DNA of 64,000 nt from contig JBKBRF010000006.1 of NCBI GenBank assembly GCA_046292385.1, forward strand, positions 64,001 to 128,000. Direction: 5' to 3'. The DNA comes from Armatimonadota bacterium (GTDB lineage: Bacteria; Armatimonadota; SYMT01). The position numbers and the translations under genes are program-made. Position 1 is the first letter of the stretch, and each line of letters opens with the position of its first letter. The notes beneath the pieces were generated by a model. It made no database searches and was not told the origin of the DNA. It was given only the letters and a program-made list of their open reading frames with translations. Below, one piece after another: positions 33,332-41,699 of the stretch.

Positions 33332-36331
33332 TCAGAGTACGCCGCCGGGCTCGCTCTCTCCTCGGGCAGGCGACTGCGGCTCCCGCGCCCGCCGCTGGTA
33401 GGCGTAGCTCACGCCGAGCAGCACCACCGCCAGCACCAGGAAGGAGAGGACGCGGTAGCCGGCTTGCAGGAAGCTGAGGTCGAAGAGATAGACCTTCACC
33501 ACGGCGGCCAGCAGCAGCGCCATGCCGCCCCAGCGCACCGCCTCCGAGCCGCGCCGGAAGCCGATGAGGATCGCCGCGCAGCCGTAGAGGGTCCAGACGG
33601 CGGAGAGTGCGAACTTGGCCGGGTCGCCGCCCCAACCGGTGGTGCCGAGCCGGCCGGCGGCGTCCATCGCCTCGATGCTGAGCCAGCCGAGCGCCTGCAG
33701 GTTCGCGGCGGCCACCACCGCCGGGACCAGCGCCCGCTCCGCCTCGCTCCCGCGGGTCAGGAAGACCCACGCGCAGAGGCTCCAGCCGGCGAGGGCGGAG
33801 AGGGCGGCGGCGCTCCGGCTGTGGAAGAGCACCCGGCTGCCGGGGGGCAGCGCCAGCTCTCGCACCAGGACCTCCACCGTCACCAGCAGCAGCGCCGCCA
33901 GCGAGAGCGTTCGGAGCTCCGGGCGCTCGGTCCGCACCCCCAGGTAGAGCAGGCCGAGCGCCGCCAGCGCCCAGGTGAACGGCAGCCACCCCGCGCCGAG
34001 CTCCCGCCAGGCCCAGAGCATCGAGAGCGCGGCGCCGGCTCCGGCAGCGATCGAGGCGCCCGCGCTCGTCTCCTCCTGGGTCAGGTCCTGGCCCCGGAAG
34101 AGCACCGCCGCGATGCCCCCGATGAGCGCCAGCGCTGCCGCGAATCCGGCCGGAGACGCCATCGCTCCACCGGTGAGTGCCGCAGCCGCCAGCCAGAGAG
34201 CGGTGAGGCCCGCCGCGGCGTAGCCGACGCCCCGCTGGTGCGGCGTACCGGCCAGTAGGCCCGCCCCGAAGGCGAGCGCGCCGACCGCGGACCAAGCCAC
34301 GACGATCCAGGGCCCCGGCAGGGCGGCCCACCCGTGGTTCATCGCCAGGAACGCCGCCGCCGCGGAGAAGAGCGGCGCCAGCGAGCGCTCCGGGATCAGC
34401 TCCGGATCGGACCGGTGGTAGGCCACCGCCGCGCCGGCGAGCAGCGCGACCACCATCGCGAAGGCGAGATGGCGGTCGAGCGGGATTATCTCCGTAGGGG
34501 TTTCCCAGTGCCACGCGCCGAGCAACGGCGCGAGACAGAGCACGGCGCCGACGACCCGCACGTCGCCGCTGCGGAGCCGCCCTCCGAAGGCGAGGGTCAG
34601 CGCCGCCACGGCGGAGGAGACGAGGAGCCAATCGGTGAGACGCAGGTCGATCAGCGCCCACCAGTTGAGCAGGCCGCCGATCAGCAGCCCCAGCACGGCT
34701 ACGGCGCGCTCGTGCTCCCGTCCGGCGCGGTCGGAGGCGGTCCACTCCCGCAGGGAGACCGACGCCCGCAGCGCGAGCGCGGCAATGACGGCGGCGAAGG
34801 CGAAGCTGCGCGGCTGGAAGAAGAGCCCCTGCACCGGCTCCGGGGAGAGCGCGTCGGCGAGAACCAGCCGGAGCAGCCCGAGTCCGAGGGCGATGCCTCC
34901 CCAGGTGCGGGTGCGGGCGGAGCCGGAGCGGTAGCCGACCTCCGAGAGCGCCGCCCCGAGCAGCGCCCAACCGGCGGTGACCGCCGTGCCGGAGGAGCGG
35001 AACTGCAGCGGCACCGCCAGGATCAGGAAGAGCAGCGCGAGCGCGAAGGTGACCTGTTCCAGGTAGGCCGGCTCCCCGTGCCGGGCGCGGACCAGGCGCG
35101 CGGCGGCGTAGTGCACCGCCGCCAGGCCGATGGCGCTGGCGCCGAGCCACTCCGGATGCCGCGGCTCCAGCAGCGCGTAGAGGGCTCCCGCGGCGAGGAC
35201 CGGGTTGCAGACCGCCAGCATCAGGTCCGGATCGGCGCCCGGCTCCCGCCGCAGGAGCGGGTAGAGGACCAGCGACCCGAGGAAGATCCCGAAGCTCACC
35301 ACCACGAAGCCGGTCGCCGCGCCGAAGTCGGCGGGCGAGTAGCGTCCCTCGTACCAGGTGAGGTAGAGGAGGGCGGTCGCGAGCAGCCCCGCCAGCCGGA
35401 AGCCGGGCCACTTCCGGAAGATGCTGAACGCCAGGATCGCGCCGTTCAGCGCCGTCAGATAGAGGAAGAGCGGCGCCGGGGAGGCGGTGGGGGTGCGGAA
35501 AACGAGCGGGCTGACGTAGGCCAGGATCAGCCCGATCCAGCCGATGACCGGCGAGTCATGCCGCAGCGCCATCGCCAGCGCGATCCCGCCGACCGCCGCC
35601 AGGCCCGCCGTCGCCGCGGAGGCGGAGAGGCGGCCGTACTGCGCGTGGGCGGCGTAGGTGGTGACGTAGAGCGCGGCGATGCCGGCGCCGGCAAGCGTCT
35701 GCGCGTAGAGCGGCAGGCTGGCCCGCAGGCGCTCCCCAAAGAGCAGCAGCGCGCCGCCAAGGGCCCAGCCGAGGCCGAGATACACCCACGGGTTCAGGTA
35801 GAGGAGCGGCGTGAGCCAGCCCTGGTCGTAGGCCCACTTCAGGAAGAGCGCCAGGGCGATCACCAGCGAGGCGCCGCCGAGCCAGTTGAGCCACTGGCCG
35901 CCGATCCGGTCTTCCCAGGAGACCTCCGGCCGCGCCCCCGGCACGGGCGCTCCGGCGGCCGGCGCGGCGAGCGGGGGCGGAGAAACCGCCGGCAGCCGGT
36001 GGGCCATAAACACCGGCGCCGGTGCCGGCCGGGGAGGCTCCGGGGCGGGCTGGGGAAGGAAGAAATCCGGCGAGAGAGCCACCGGCTCCGCCGGCGGGGC
36101 TGCGGCGCCGGTCCAGGCGGTCTCCGGCTCCGGCTCTGGCGGCGAGCTGCCGGTCTCCACCCGCGCGATCCGGCGGAGCGCCGCCTCCATCTGGGCCTCC
36201 AGGCGCAGGACCCGCTGCTCCAGCGTGAGGTCCGCCACCGCCGCCGACCCACCGGCGGAGCGTCCCAGCCAGACCCCGGCGCCGAAGATCAGCCCGAGCA
36301 CGAGCAGGATTAGCAGGATCAGACCTTCCAT
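33332..36331 (-). CDS. DUF2339 family large integral membrane protein
   Basis: WEDRIGGQWLNWLG..FLKWAY, many TM helices, C-terminal KVYLFDLS..YRVLSF. Confidence 0.88.
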   Translation of the reverse strand: MEGLILLILLVLGLIFGAGVWLGRSAGGSAAVADLTLEQRVLRLEAQMEAALRRIARVETGSSPPEPEPETAWTGAAAPPAEPVALSPDFFLPQPAPEPPRPAPAPVFMAHRLPAVSPPPLAAPAAGAPVPGARPEVSWEDRIGGQWLNWLGGASLVIALALFLKWAYDQGWLTPLLYLNPWVYLGLGWALGGALLLFGERLRASLPLYAQTLAGAGIAALYVTTYAAHAQYGRLSASAATAGLAAVGGIALAMALRHDSPVIGWIGLILAYVSPLVFRTPTASPAPLFLYLTALNGAILAFSIFRKWPGFRLAGLLATALLYLTWYEGRYSPADFGAATGFVVVSFGIFLGSLVLYPLLRREPGADPDLMLAVCNPVLAAGALYALLEPRHPEWLGASAIGLAAVHYAAARLVRARHGEPAYLEQVTFALALLFLILAVPLQFRSSGTAVTAGWALLGAALSEVGYRSGSARTRTWGGIALGLGLLRLVLADALSPEPVQGLFFQPRSFAFAAVIAALALRASVSLREWTASDRAGREHERAVAVLGLLIGGLLNWWALIDLRLTDWLLVSSAVAALTLAFGGRLRSGDVRVVGAVLCLAPLLGAWHWETPTEIIPLDRHLAFAMVVALLAGAAVAYHRSDPELIPERSLAPLFSAAAAFLAMNHGWAALPGPWIVVAWSAVGALAFGAGLLAGTPHQRGVGYAAAGLTALWLAAAALTGGAMASPAGFAAALALIGGIAAVLFRGQDLTQEETSAGASIAAGAGAALSMLWAWRELGAGWLPFTWALAALGLLYLGVRTERPELRTLSLAALLLVTVEVLVRELALPPGSRVLFHSRSAAALSALAGWSLCAWVFLTRGSEAERALVPAVVAAANLQALGWLSIEAMDAAGRLGTTGWGGDPAKFALSAVWTLYGCAAILIGFRRGSEAVRWGGMALLLAAVVKVYLFDLSFLQAGYRVLSFLVLAVVLLGVSYAYQRRAREPQSPARGESEPGGVL

Positions 36332-36591
36332 CGCCGGCCTCCGCAGCAGAAGTCGCCGCACGCCGCAGTGTGGCGTGGAGCACCTATCGAACCGAGTCTA
36401 CCCGCGGCGCCGGGGCCCCGGCAGTGGGGCTAGCGAGCGATTCTGAAGGCAGGCAGGGTCCCGCCTGGGGTGGGTCCATGCGGGCTGGCGGGTCCGCCAT
36501 GGGTAGGTCTTCAGGCGGCAGAAAAGCCGGTGAGATTCTCCGGGCCGGAAGCTGACAATGGTGTAGGAGAAGGGTGCTCGGGCGGCGGAAG

Positions 36592-37542
36592 ATGCGACGA
36601 CAGGACGGAACAACCGGACGGCGTGGGTTTGCGCGCGGGCTGAGCCTGCTCTGCACGTGGGTGATGCTGGGCGCGCTCGGCTGCCGCATGCAGGTAGAGC
36701 AGACGGAGCGCCGCCGCGAGGTGGAGCCGTCGCCCGGCGTCGTCGTCCGCAGCCGGGACACCGACGGCTCGTTCGTCCGCGTGCTGGAGATCGACCTCCG
36801 CTCTCCCGGCCTCCGCGTGGAACTGGCAGCCGACGACATCGCCGTGCGGGAGGGGAAGATCACCGGCCGCGCCCGCACCGTGCCGGAGTGGCTCGAGGAG
36901 ACCGGCGCCGTAGCCGGCGTGAACGGCGGCTTCTTCGGGGCCGACGTCGGCGAGGAATTCAAAGAGATCCGCGGCCTCCTGAAGCGCGACGGCCGCGTCC
37001 GCGTGGCGGCGCCGCGGTACCGGTCGGAGCAGTCCGGCACCGAGTTCGCCCGCTGCGCCCTCGGCTTCACCCGCGAAGGCGAGCCGCGGATGGCGTGGGT
37101 CACCAGCGCCCCCGGCGACCCGCAGAGCCTGCGCGCGCACCCGGAGCCGGAGACCGGCGACAGCTACCGCCGGTGGAGCGTGGAGCAGGCACTGGCGTGC
37201 GGCCCACGCCTCATCCGTGACGGCGAAGTAGAAGTCACCTACCGCGGCGAGCGCCTCGCCAGCCCCGGCGCGCTGCCGCGGACCTTCCTCGGCTACGGCG
37301 GCAAAGCCGACCGGGCAACCCACCTGGTGCTCTGTACCGCCGAGGCGATGGAGTTCGAAGGGTGCGCGGAGTTCCTCGCGCGCTACTTTCGGGAGGAGCT
37401 CGGCTTCCCCTGCCGCCAGGCGATGTGCCTGGACGGCGGCGCGAGCACCCAGGCCGCCTGGCGAGACGGCTCCGACGTGCGCTCGGAGTTCGACTACGGC
37501 ACCACGGTCCCCACCGCCATCCTGATCCACCAGCAGCGCTAG
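36592..37542 (+). CDS. Phosphodiester glycosidase (NAGPA/DUF2233) family lipoprotein
   Basis: Lipobox ALGC, NGGFF, GPRLIRDG, PRTFLG, LDGGAST. Confidence 0.85.
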   Translation: MRRQDGTTGRRGFARGLSLLCTWVMLGALGCRMQVEQTERRREVEPSPGVVVRSRDTDGSFVRVLEIDLRSPGLRVELAADDIAVREGKITGRARTVPEWLEETGAVAGVNGGFFGADVGEEFKEIRGLLKRDGRVRVAAPRYRSEQSGTEFARCALGFTREGEPRMAWVTSAPGDPQSLRAHPEPETGDSYRRWSVEQALACGPRLIRDGEVEVTYRGERLASPGALPRTFLGYGGKADRATHLVLCTAEAMEFEGCAEFLARYFREELGFPCRQAMCLDGGASTQAAWRDGSDVRSEFDYGTTVPTAILIHQQR

Positions 37543-37544
37543 CG

Positions 37545-37628
37545 AAGGATGAGGGATGAGGGATGAGGGATGAATCCGAACCCTCGGTGAACGGATGTTC
37601 CTGCTCCTGCTCCTACTCTTGCTCTTGC
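37545..37628 (+). repeat. (GGATGAG)n heptamer - TCCGAACCC - (CTGCTC)n hexamer
   Basis: Read directly from the sequence. Confidence 0.8.
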
Positions 37629-37761
37629 GGGACGTGCCGACCCCGGCGCCTCCGGCACGTCTTTGGAATAGCCAACGGGCGGTTGAAACCGCGGCAACCA
37701 CGGCACGAAGTTTTATCCCCCGGACGGGGGACCGCCTTCGCGAACTAAGAGGGCCTGGTTC

Positions 37762-37820
37762 GGGCGTCCGGAGGACGCTTGGCCGCAGGCCTACCAGCGA
37801 GGTATTTCAATGCCTCGCGG
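37762..37820 (-). repeat. Double-hairpin REP-like element, family B copy 2
   Basis: Reverse complement aligns with 3919-3978 and retains both stems. Confidence 0.75.
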
Positions 37821-38021
37821 CTCCACGGGCACCCAGCCCCACTACCCGGCTATCTAGTAACGCTCTCATAAGGACCCGGCTGCCTCTACGGGAAGCACGC
37901 TGAAGCGCGCTCGGCGTCCGTTCATCCCCTCGGCTCACTGGGCGGCAGCATGACCCACGAGCAGCATTAACTTTGGGTTATTCCACAAGTTCAGGGTGGT
38001 AGACCGTGAGCGAGGTTACGC

Positions 38022-39164
38022 ATGCCCGCCCGTTCACCACTTACCCGCTTGCTCTCACTGCGACTGCGCGCCGGTCCTGGCCGGCTCTGGCTGCGGTGGG
38101 TCGCTCCGGCGCTGCTGCTCGTTGCCTCCAGCGCCGGTGTGGATAGCGGCGAGCGCGCGCCGCTGCCTCCCCGGGGCTACACGCTGCGAGATCTCGGCAC
38201 CCTCGGCGGCGAGCAAAGCGGCGCTACCGCCCTCAACAACCACGGTGAGGTAGTCGGTTGGGCCGAAACCGGCGGCGCGGTACGGGACGGGGTGCGGGAG
38301 TTTCACGCCGTCCGTTGGGCGGCCGATGGGATCCAGGACCTCGGCACGCTGGGCGAGTACCACAGTGCCGCATTCGGAATCAACAACCGGGGAGAGGTGG
38401 TCGGAGGGGTCTTGTCTGGCTTTGACCCGGAGCCATTCGTCTGGTCTACCGCCACGGGAATGCACCGGCTGCCGCTCAAAGATAATTTCGCAGGGGTCGG
38501 CCTTTCAATCAACGATCACGGGACCATCGCCGGGTACTTTGAAACCACCGGGTACGACAAGGCAGGGATGTGGACCGACCGTCTCCGCTGGCTGTCCCAC
38601 CCGTGGGACGGAAGGGCGCTCGACGTGAACAACCGCGGAGAGGTGGTCGGGTGGGGGGAAACCCTCTACGACGGGCTCCCAAAGGCGTTCCGGTGGCGCG
38701 GACGGCGGGGGCGCCGGCTGGAGCCTCCGCCTTACCGCGAGACAGACCCCTGGAGCAAGGCCCACGCGATCAACGACCGCGGCACGATTGTCGGGGAGCT
38801 CGAGGGGCGCGCCTTCATCTGGGCCGAGGGTCGGCTGCGCCGGCTGCCGGCGGGCGCAGGATACCAGAAGGCGCTGGCTGCCGACCTGAACCGCCGGGAA
38901 CAGGTGGTCGGCACCCTCTTCAACCATCGGAATTTCTTCGGTCCCTCGGAATTCCCCGCGTCTCCGACCGGAACGGCAGCGCTCTGGGAGCGAGGCCGTC
39001 TCACCGATCTTAGCGACGTGGTCCGCTTAACTTCGGGATGGCACCTGGAGACCGCGGCGGCGATCAACGACCGCGGGCAGATCGTCGGTATCGGCCGTCC
39101 GGAGGGGGAGGGGCGGGGGCCGAGGCGGGCTTACCTGCTCACTCCGGTCGAGCGGGAAAGGTAG
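38022..39164 (+). CDS. Secreted HAF-family extracellular repeat (beta-propeller) protein
   Basis: Repeats DLGTLG..A.(G/A)INN.GEVVG; ends AAAINDRGQIVG..AYLLTP. Confidence 0.85.
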   Translation: MPARSPLTRLLSLRLRAGPGRLWLRWVAPALLLVASSAGVDSGERAPLPPRGYTLRDLGTLGGEQSGATALNNHGEVVGWAETGGAVRDGVREFHAVRWAADGIQDLGTLGEYHSAAFGINNRGEVVGGVLSGFDPEPFVWSTATGMHRLPLKDNFAGVGLSINDHGTIAGYFETTGYDKAGMWTDRLRWLSHPWDGRALDVNNRGEVVGWGETLYDGLPKAFRWRGRRGRRLEPPPYRETDPWSKAHAINDRGTIVGELEGRAFIWAEGRLRRLPAGAGYQKALAADLNRREQVVGTLFNHRNFFGPSEFPASPTGTAALWERGRLTDLSDVVRLTSGWHLETAAAINDRGQIVGIGRPEGEGRGPRRAYLLTPVERER

Positions 39165-39173
39165 CGGACGACG

Positions 39174-41699
39174 ATGGCGCTTCTACACCCCCCGATGCCG
39201 ATCCTGGCGTGGCCACTGCTCGCCACCGCGGCAATCGCCTCCCTCGCGGTGCGGTCGGCGTCGCTACCCTTGCCGTCCGCAATCGAGTCTCTGCGAAGCG
39301 CAGGTCTCGGCTGGTCCGGGTTCGTACGGAGCGAGGGCCGGCTAGTCCAAGGCTCGGCTTTTTACACGCAGGATGGCGGCTCCGTCCTCTACTTCGATTC
39401 CGCGGGGGTCACGCACCAGCTCCCGACGGGAGCGCGGGAGAGCTCGGGCGCCTGGAACCTCCGGATCGGCTTCGCCGGAGCGCGGCCGGTGCAGCCGGAG
39501 GCGGAGGGGACGAGTCACCGGGTCGCCTGGTTTCACCGCGGGCGCACGCGGTCCGGCGCTCGTCCGGCGTTCTCCGGCGTCCGGTATCGCGGCCTGTGGC
39601 CGGGAATCGATCTCGTCTACCAGGCTGCGGGCTCGTCCCTGAAGTACGATCTTCACGTGGCACCGGGCGCGGATCCGGGCGCGATCCGCTTCGAGTGCCG
39701 CGGCGCCAGCTCGGCGCGGATCGACGCGGAGGGCCGGCTGCGGCTCACGGCCGGCGCGGACGAGCTGGTCGACGACACCCCCGTCGCGTACCAGGTAATC
39801 GCCGGAAAGAAGGTCGCCGTGCCGGCGCGGTTCCGGCTGCAGACCGTGCGTCCGGGCGTCTTCCAGTACGGTTTTCAGCTCGGCCACTACGACCCCACGC
39901 TGCCGCTGGTCATCGACCCCGCACTGCTCCGGAGCTGCGACTATCTCGGCTACGGACGGGCCGCCGGCATCGCGTTAGGGTCCGGCGGCGAGATCTATCT
40001 TTGCGGCGAGACCTCGGCGCCGCCCACCGAAGTGCCGCTGACTGTCGGGCCGGACCTGACCCACAACGGCGGCGAGACGGAAGCCTTTGTCGCCAGGCTC
40101 CGGCTCACGCAAGGCGGCCAGTTCGCGGTGGAGTACTTCGGCTACCTGGGAGGCGACGGCTACGACTCGGCGAAGGGGATCGCCGTCGACGCGGAAGGGT
40201 GCGCTTACCTGGTGGGGGAGACCAACTCGCGAGAGGACAGCTTTCCGGTCCTGGTGGGTCCGGACCTCACCTTCAACGGCACCAGGAGGTACACACCGTC
40301 CTCGACCGGCGATGCCTGGATCGCCAAGGTTACGCCGGATGGAAGTAGTCTCCGCTACTGCGGCTACCTCGGCGGCTCCGAACCGGACGAAGCCACGGGA
40401 GTGGCCGTCGACGAGCTGGGCCGCGCGTATGTTTCCGGAAGGACCACGTCCCCTTCCAGCAGTTTTCCCGCGACCGTGGGGCCCGTCTTGAGTCTCACGG
40501 TCGCGGAGGGGGGCGAGCTCCCCCGTCCGGACGGCTTCATCGCCCGCGTCGCACCGGATGGATCTGCCCTCGAGTACTGCGGCTACATCGGCGGCACGGG
40601 AGAGGACGTGGCCAACGCCGTGGCGGTCGACCGGGACGGGCGCGCGTACGTGGCCGGGAGCGGCCATTCGGGTTCGCCGACGTTTCCGGCCGTCGTGGGC
40701 CCGGAGTTAGTCGGCTATCCCAGCTACCCCGACGCCTGGGTGGCACGAGTTCGCGCTGACGGGACCGGGTTCGAGTACTGCGGCTTCATCGCGGGATACT
40801 ACGGCGAGGCGATTACTTCCATCGCGGTAGACGGAGAGGAGCGGGCCTACGTCGGTGGGTGGACCCGCTCGCCGGAGACCACCTTTCCGGAGAGGGTGGG
40901 GCCGGTACTCCGGTCGCGCGGGCGGGCCGACGCCTTCGTCGCCCGGGTAGCGCCGGACGGAACGCGCCTGGAGTACTGCGGCTACATCTCCGGAAAGGGC
41001 GCGGACGCGATAACCTCCGTGGCGGTAGACGCCCAGGACCGGCTGGTGGTGGCGGGAGAGACCGGCTCCGACGAGCGCAGCTTTCCGGTGCGAGGCGGGC
41101 CGGACCTGCGCTTTAACGGCGGCGGGGTGGATGGCTTCGTCGCCCGCGTCTCGGCGGATGGGCGGAAGCTCGATTACTGCGGCTATCTCGGCGGTACGAG
41201 CCGGCTCGATTCGGCCGCGGCCGTCGCCGCCGCGCCCGCCGGGGAGATCTTCGTCGCGGGTTTCACCAACTCCCCTCCGCAGAGCTTTCCGGTGCGCAAT
41301 GCCGCGCGGGCGGATCGCGGGGGCGGAATCTTCGTGGCGCAGCTATCCTGGCGCGATGAGGGCGCGCCGCCCGAGCGAGAGGCAAGGATCTTCATCTCGC
41401 CCTCGCGGCTCAACTTCGGCCAGGTGCGGGCCGGCACGCAGCGGACGCTGACCCTGCGGATCCGGAACCGCGGCCGCGGGCCGGGGCGGGTCGACGTGCC
41501 GGCGCTGCCGGCGCCATTCAGCACCGAGCCCGGAGAGCTGAGCGTCGCTCCCGGAGAGACGAAGCTGGTCCGAGTCACCTTGGAGCCGCTGAAGCCGGGC
41601 CGCTACGAAACGGGCCTGGCGCTGACTACCCCGGATGATCCCGGCAGCCCGCTAATCCACGTGCCGGTGCGAGCCACGGCGGAAAGGAGCGGGCAATGA
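39174..41699 (+). CDS. Secreted SBBP-repeat beta-propeller protein with C-terminal Ig-like (ASH/choice-of-anchor D-like) domain
   Basis: LWPGIDL..LKYD..PGADP, YDPTLPLVIDP, repeated LEYCGYIGG..D.A..VAVD, C-terminal LNFGQV domain. Confidence 0.85.
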   Translation: MALLHPPMPILAWPLLATAAIASLAVRSASLPLPSAIESLRSAGLGWSGFVRSEGRLVQGSAFYTQDGGSVLYFDSAGVTHQLPTGARESSGAWNLRIGFAGARPVQPEAEGTSHRVAWFHRGRTRSGARPAFSGVRYRGLWPGIDLVYQAAGSSLKYDLHVAPGADPGAIRFECRGASSARIDAEGRLRLTAGADELVDDTPVAYQVIAGKKVAVPARFRLQTVRPGVFQYGFQLGHYDPTLPLVIDPALLRSCDYLGYGRAAGIALGSGGEIYLCGETSAPPTEVPLTVGPDLTHNGGETEAFVARLRLTQGGQFAVEYFGYLGGDGYDSAKGIAVDAEGCAYLVGETNSREDSFPVLVGPDLTFNGTRRYTPSSTGDAWIAKVTPDGSSLRYCGYLGGSEPDEATGVAVDELGRAYVSGRTTSPSSSFPATVGPVLSLTVAEGGELPRPDGFIARVAPDGSALEYCGYIGGTGEDVANAVAVDRDGRAYVAGSGHSGSPTFPAVVGPELVGYPSYPDAWVARVRADGTGFEYCGFIAGYYGEAITSIAVDGEERAYVGGWTRSPETTFPERVGPVLRSRGRADAFVARVAPDGTRLEYCGYISGKGADAITSVAVDAQDRLVVAGETGSDERSFPVRGGPDLRFNGGGVDGFVARVSADGRKLDYCGYLGGTSRLDSAAAVAAAPAGEIFVAGFTNSPPQSFPVRNAARADRGGGIFVAQLSWRDEGAPPEREARIFISPSRLNFGQVRAGTQRTLTLRIRNRGRGPGRVDVPALPAPFSTEPGELSVAPGETKLVRVTLEPLKPGRYETGLALTTPDDPGSPLIHVPVRATAERSGQ

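Noticed and set aside
36362..36590. GC-rich divergent intergenic region as a riboswitch
   Set aside because: No conserved aptamer motif that I can recognise.
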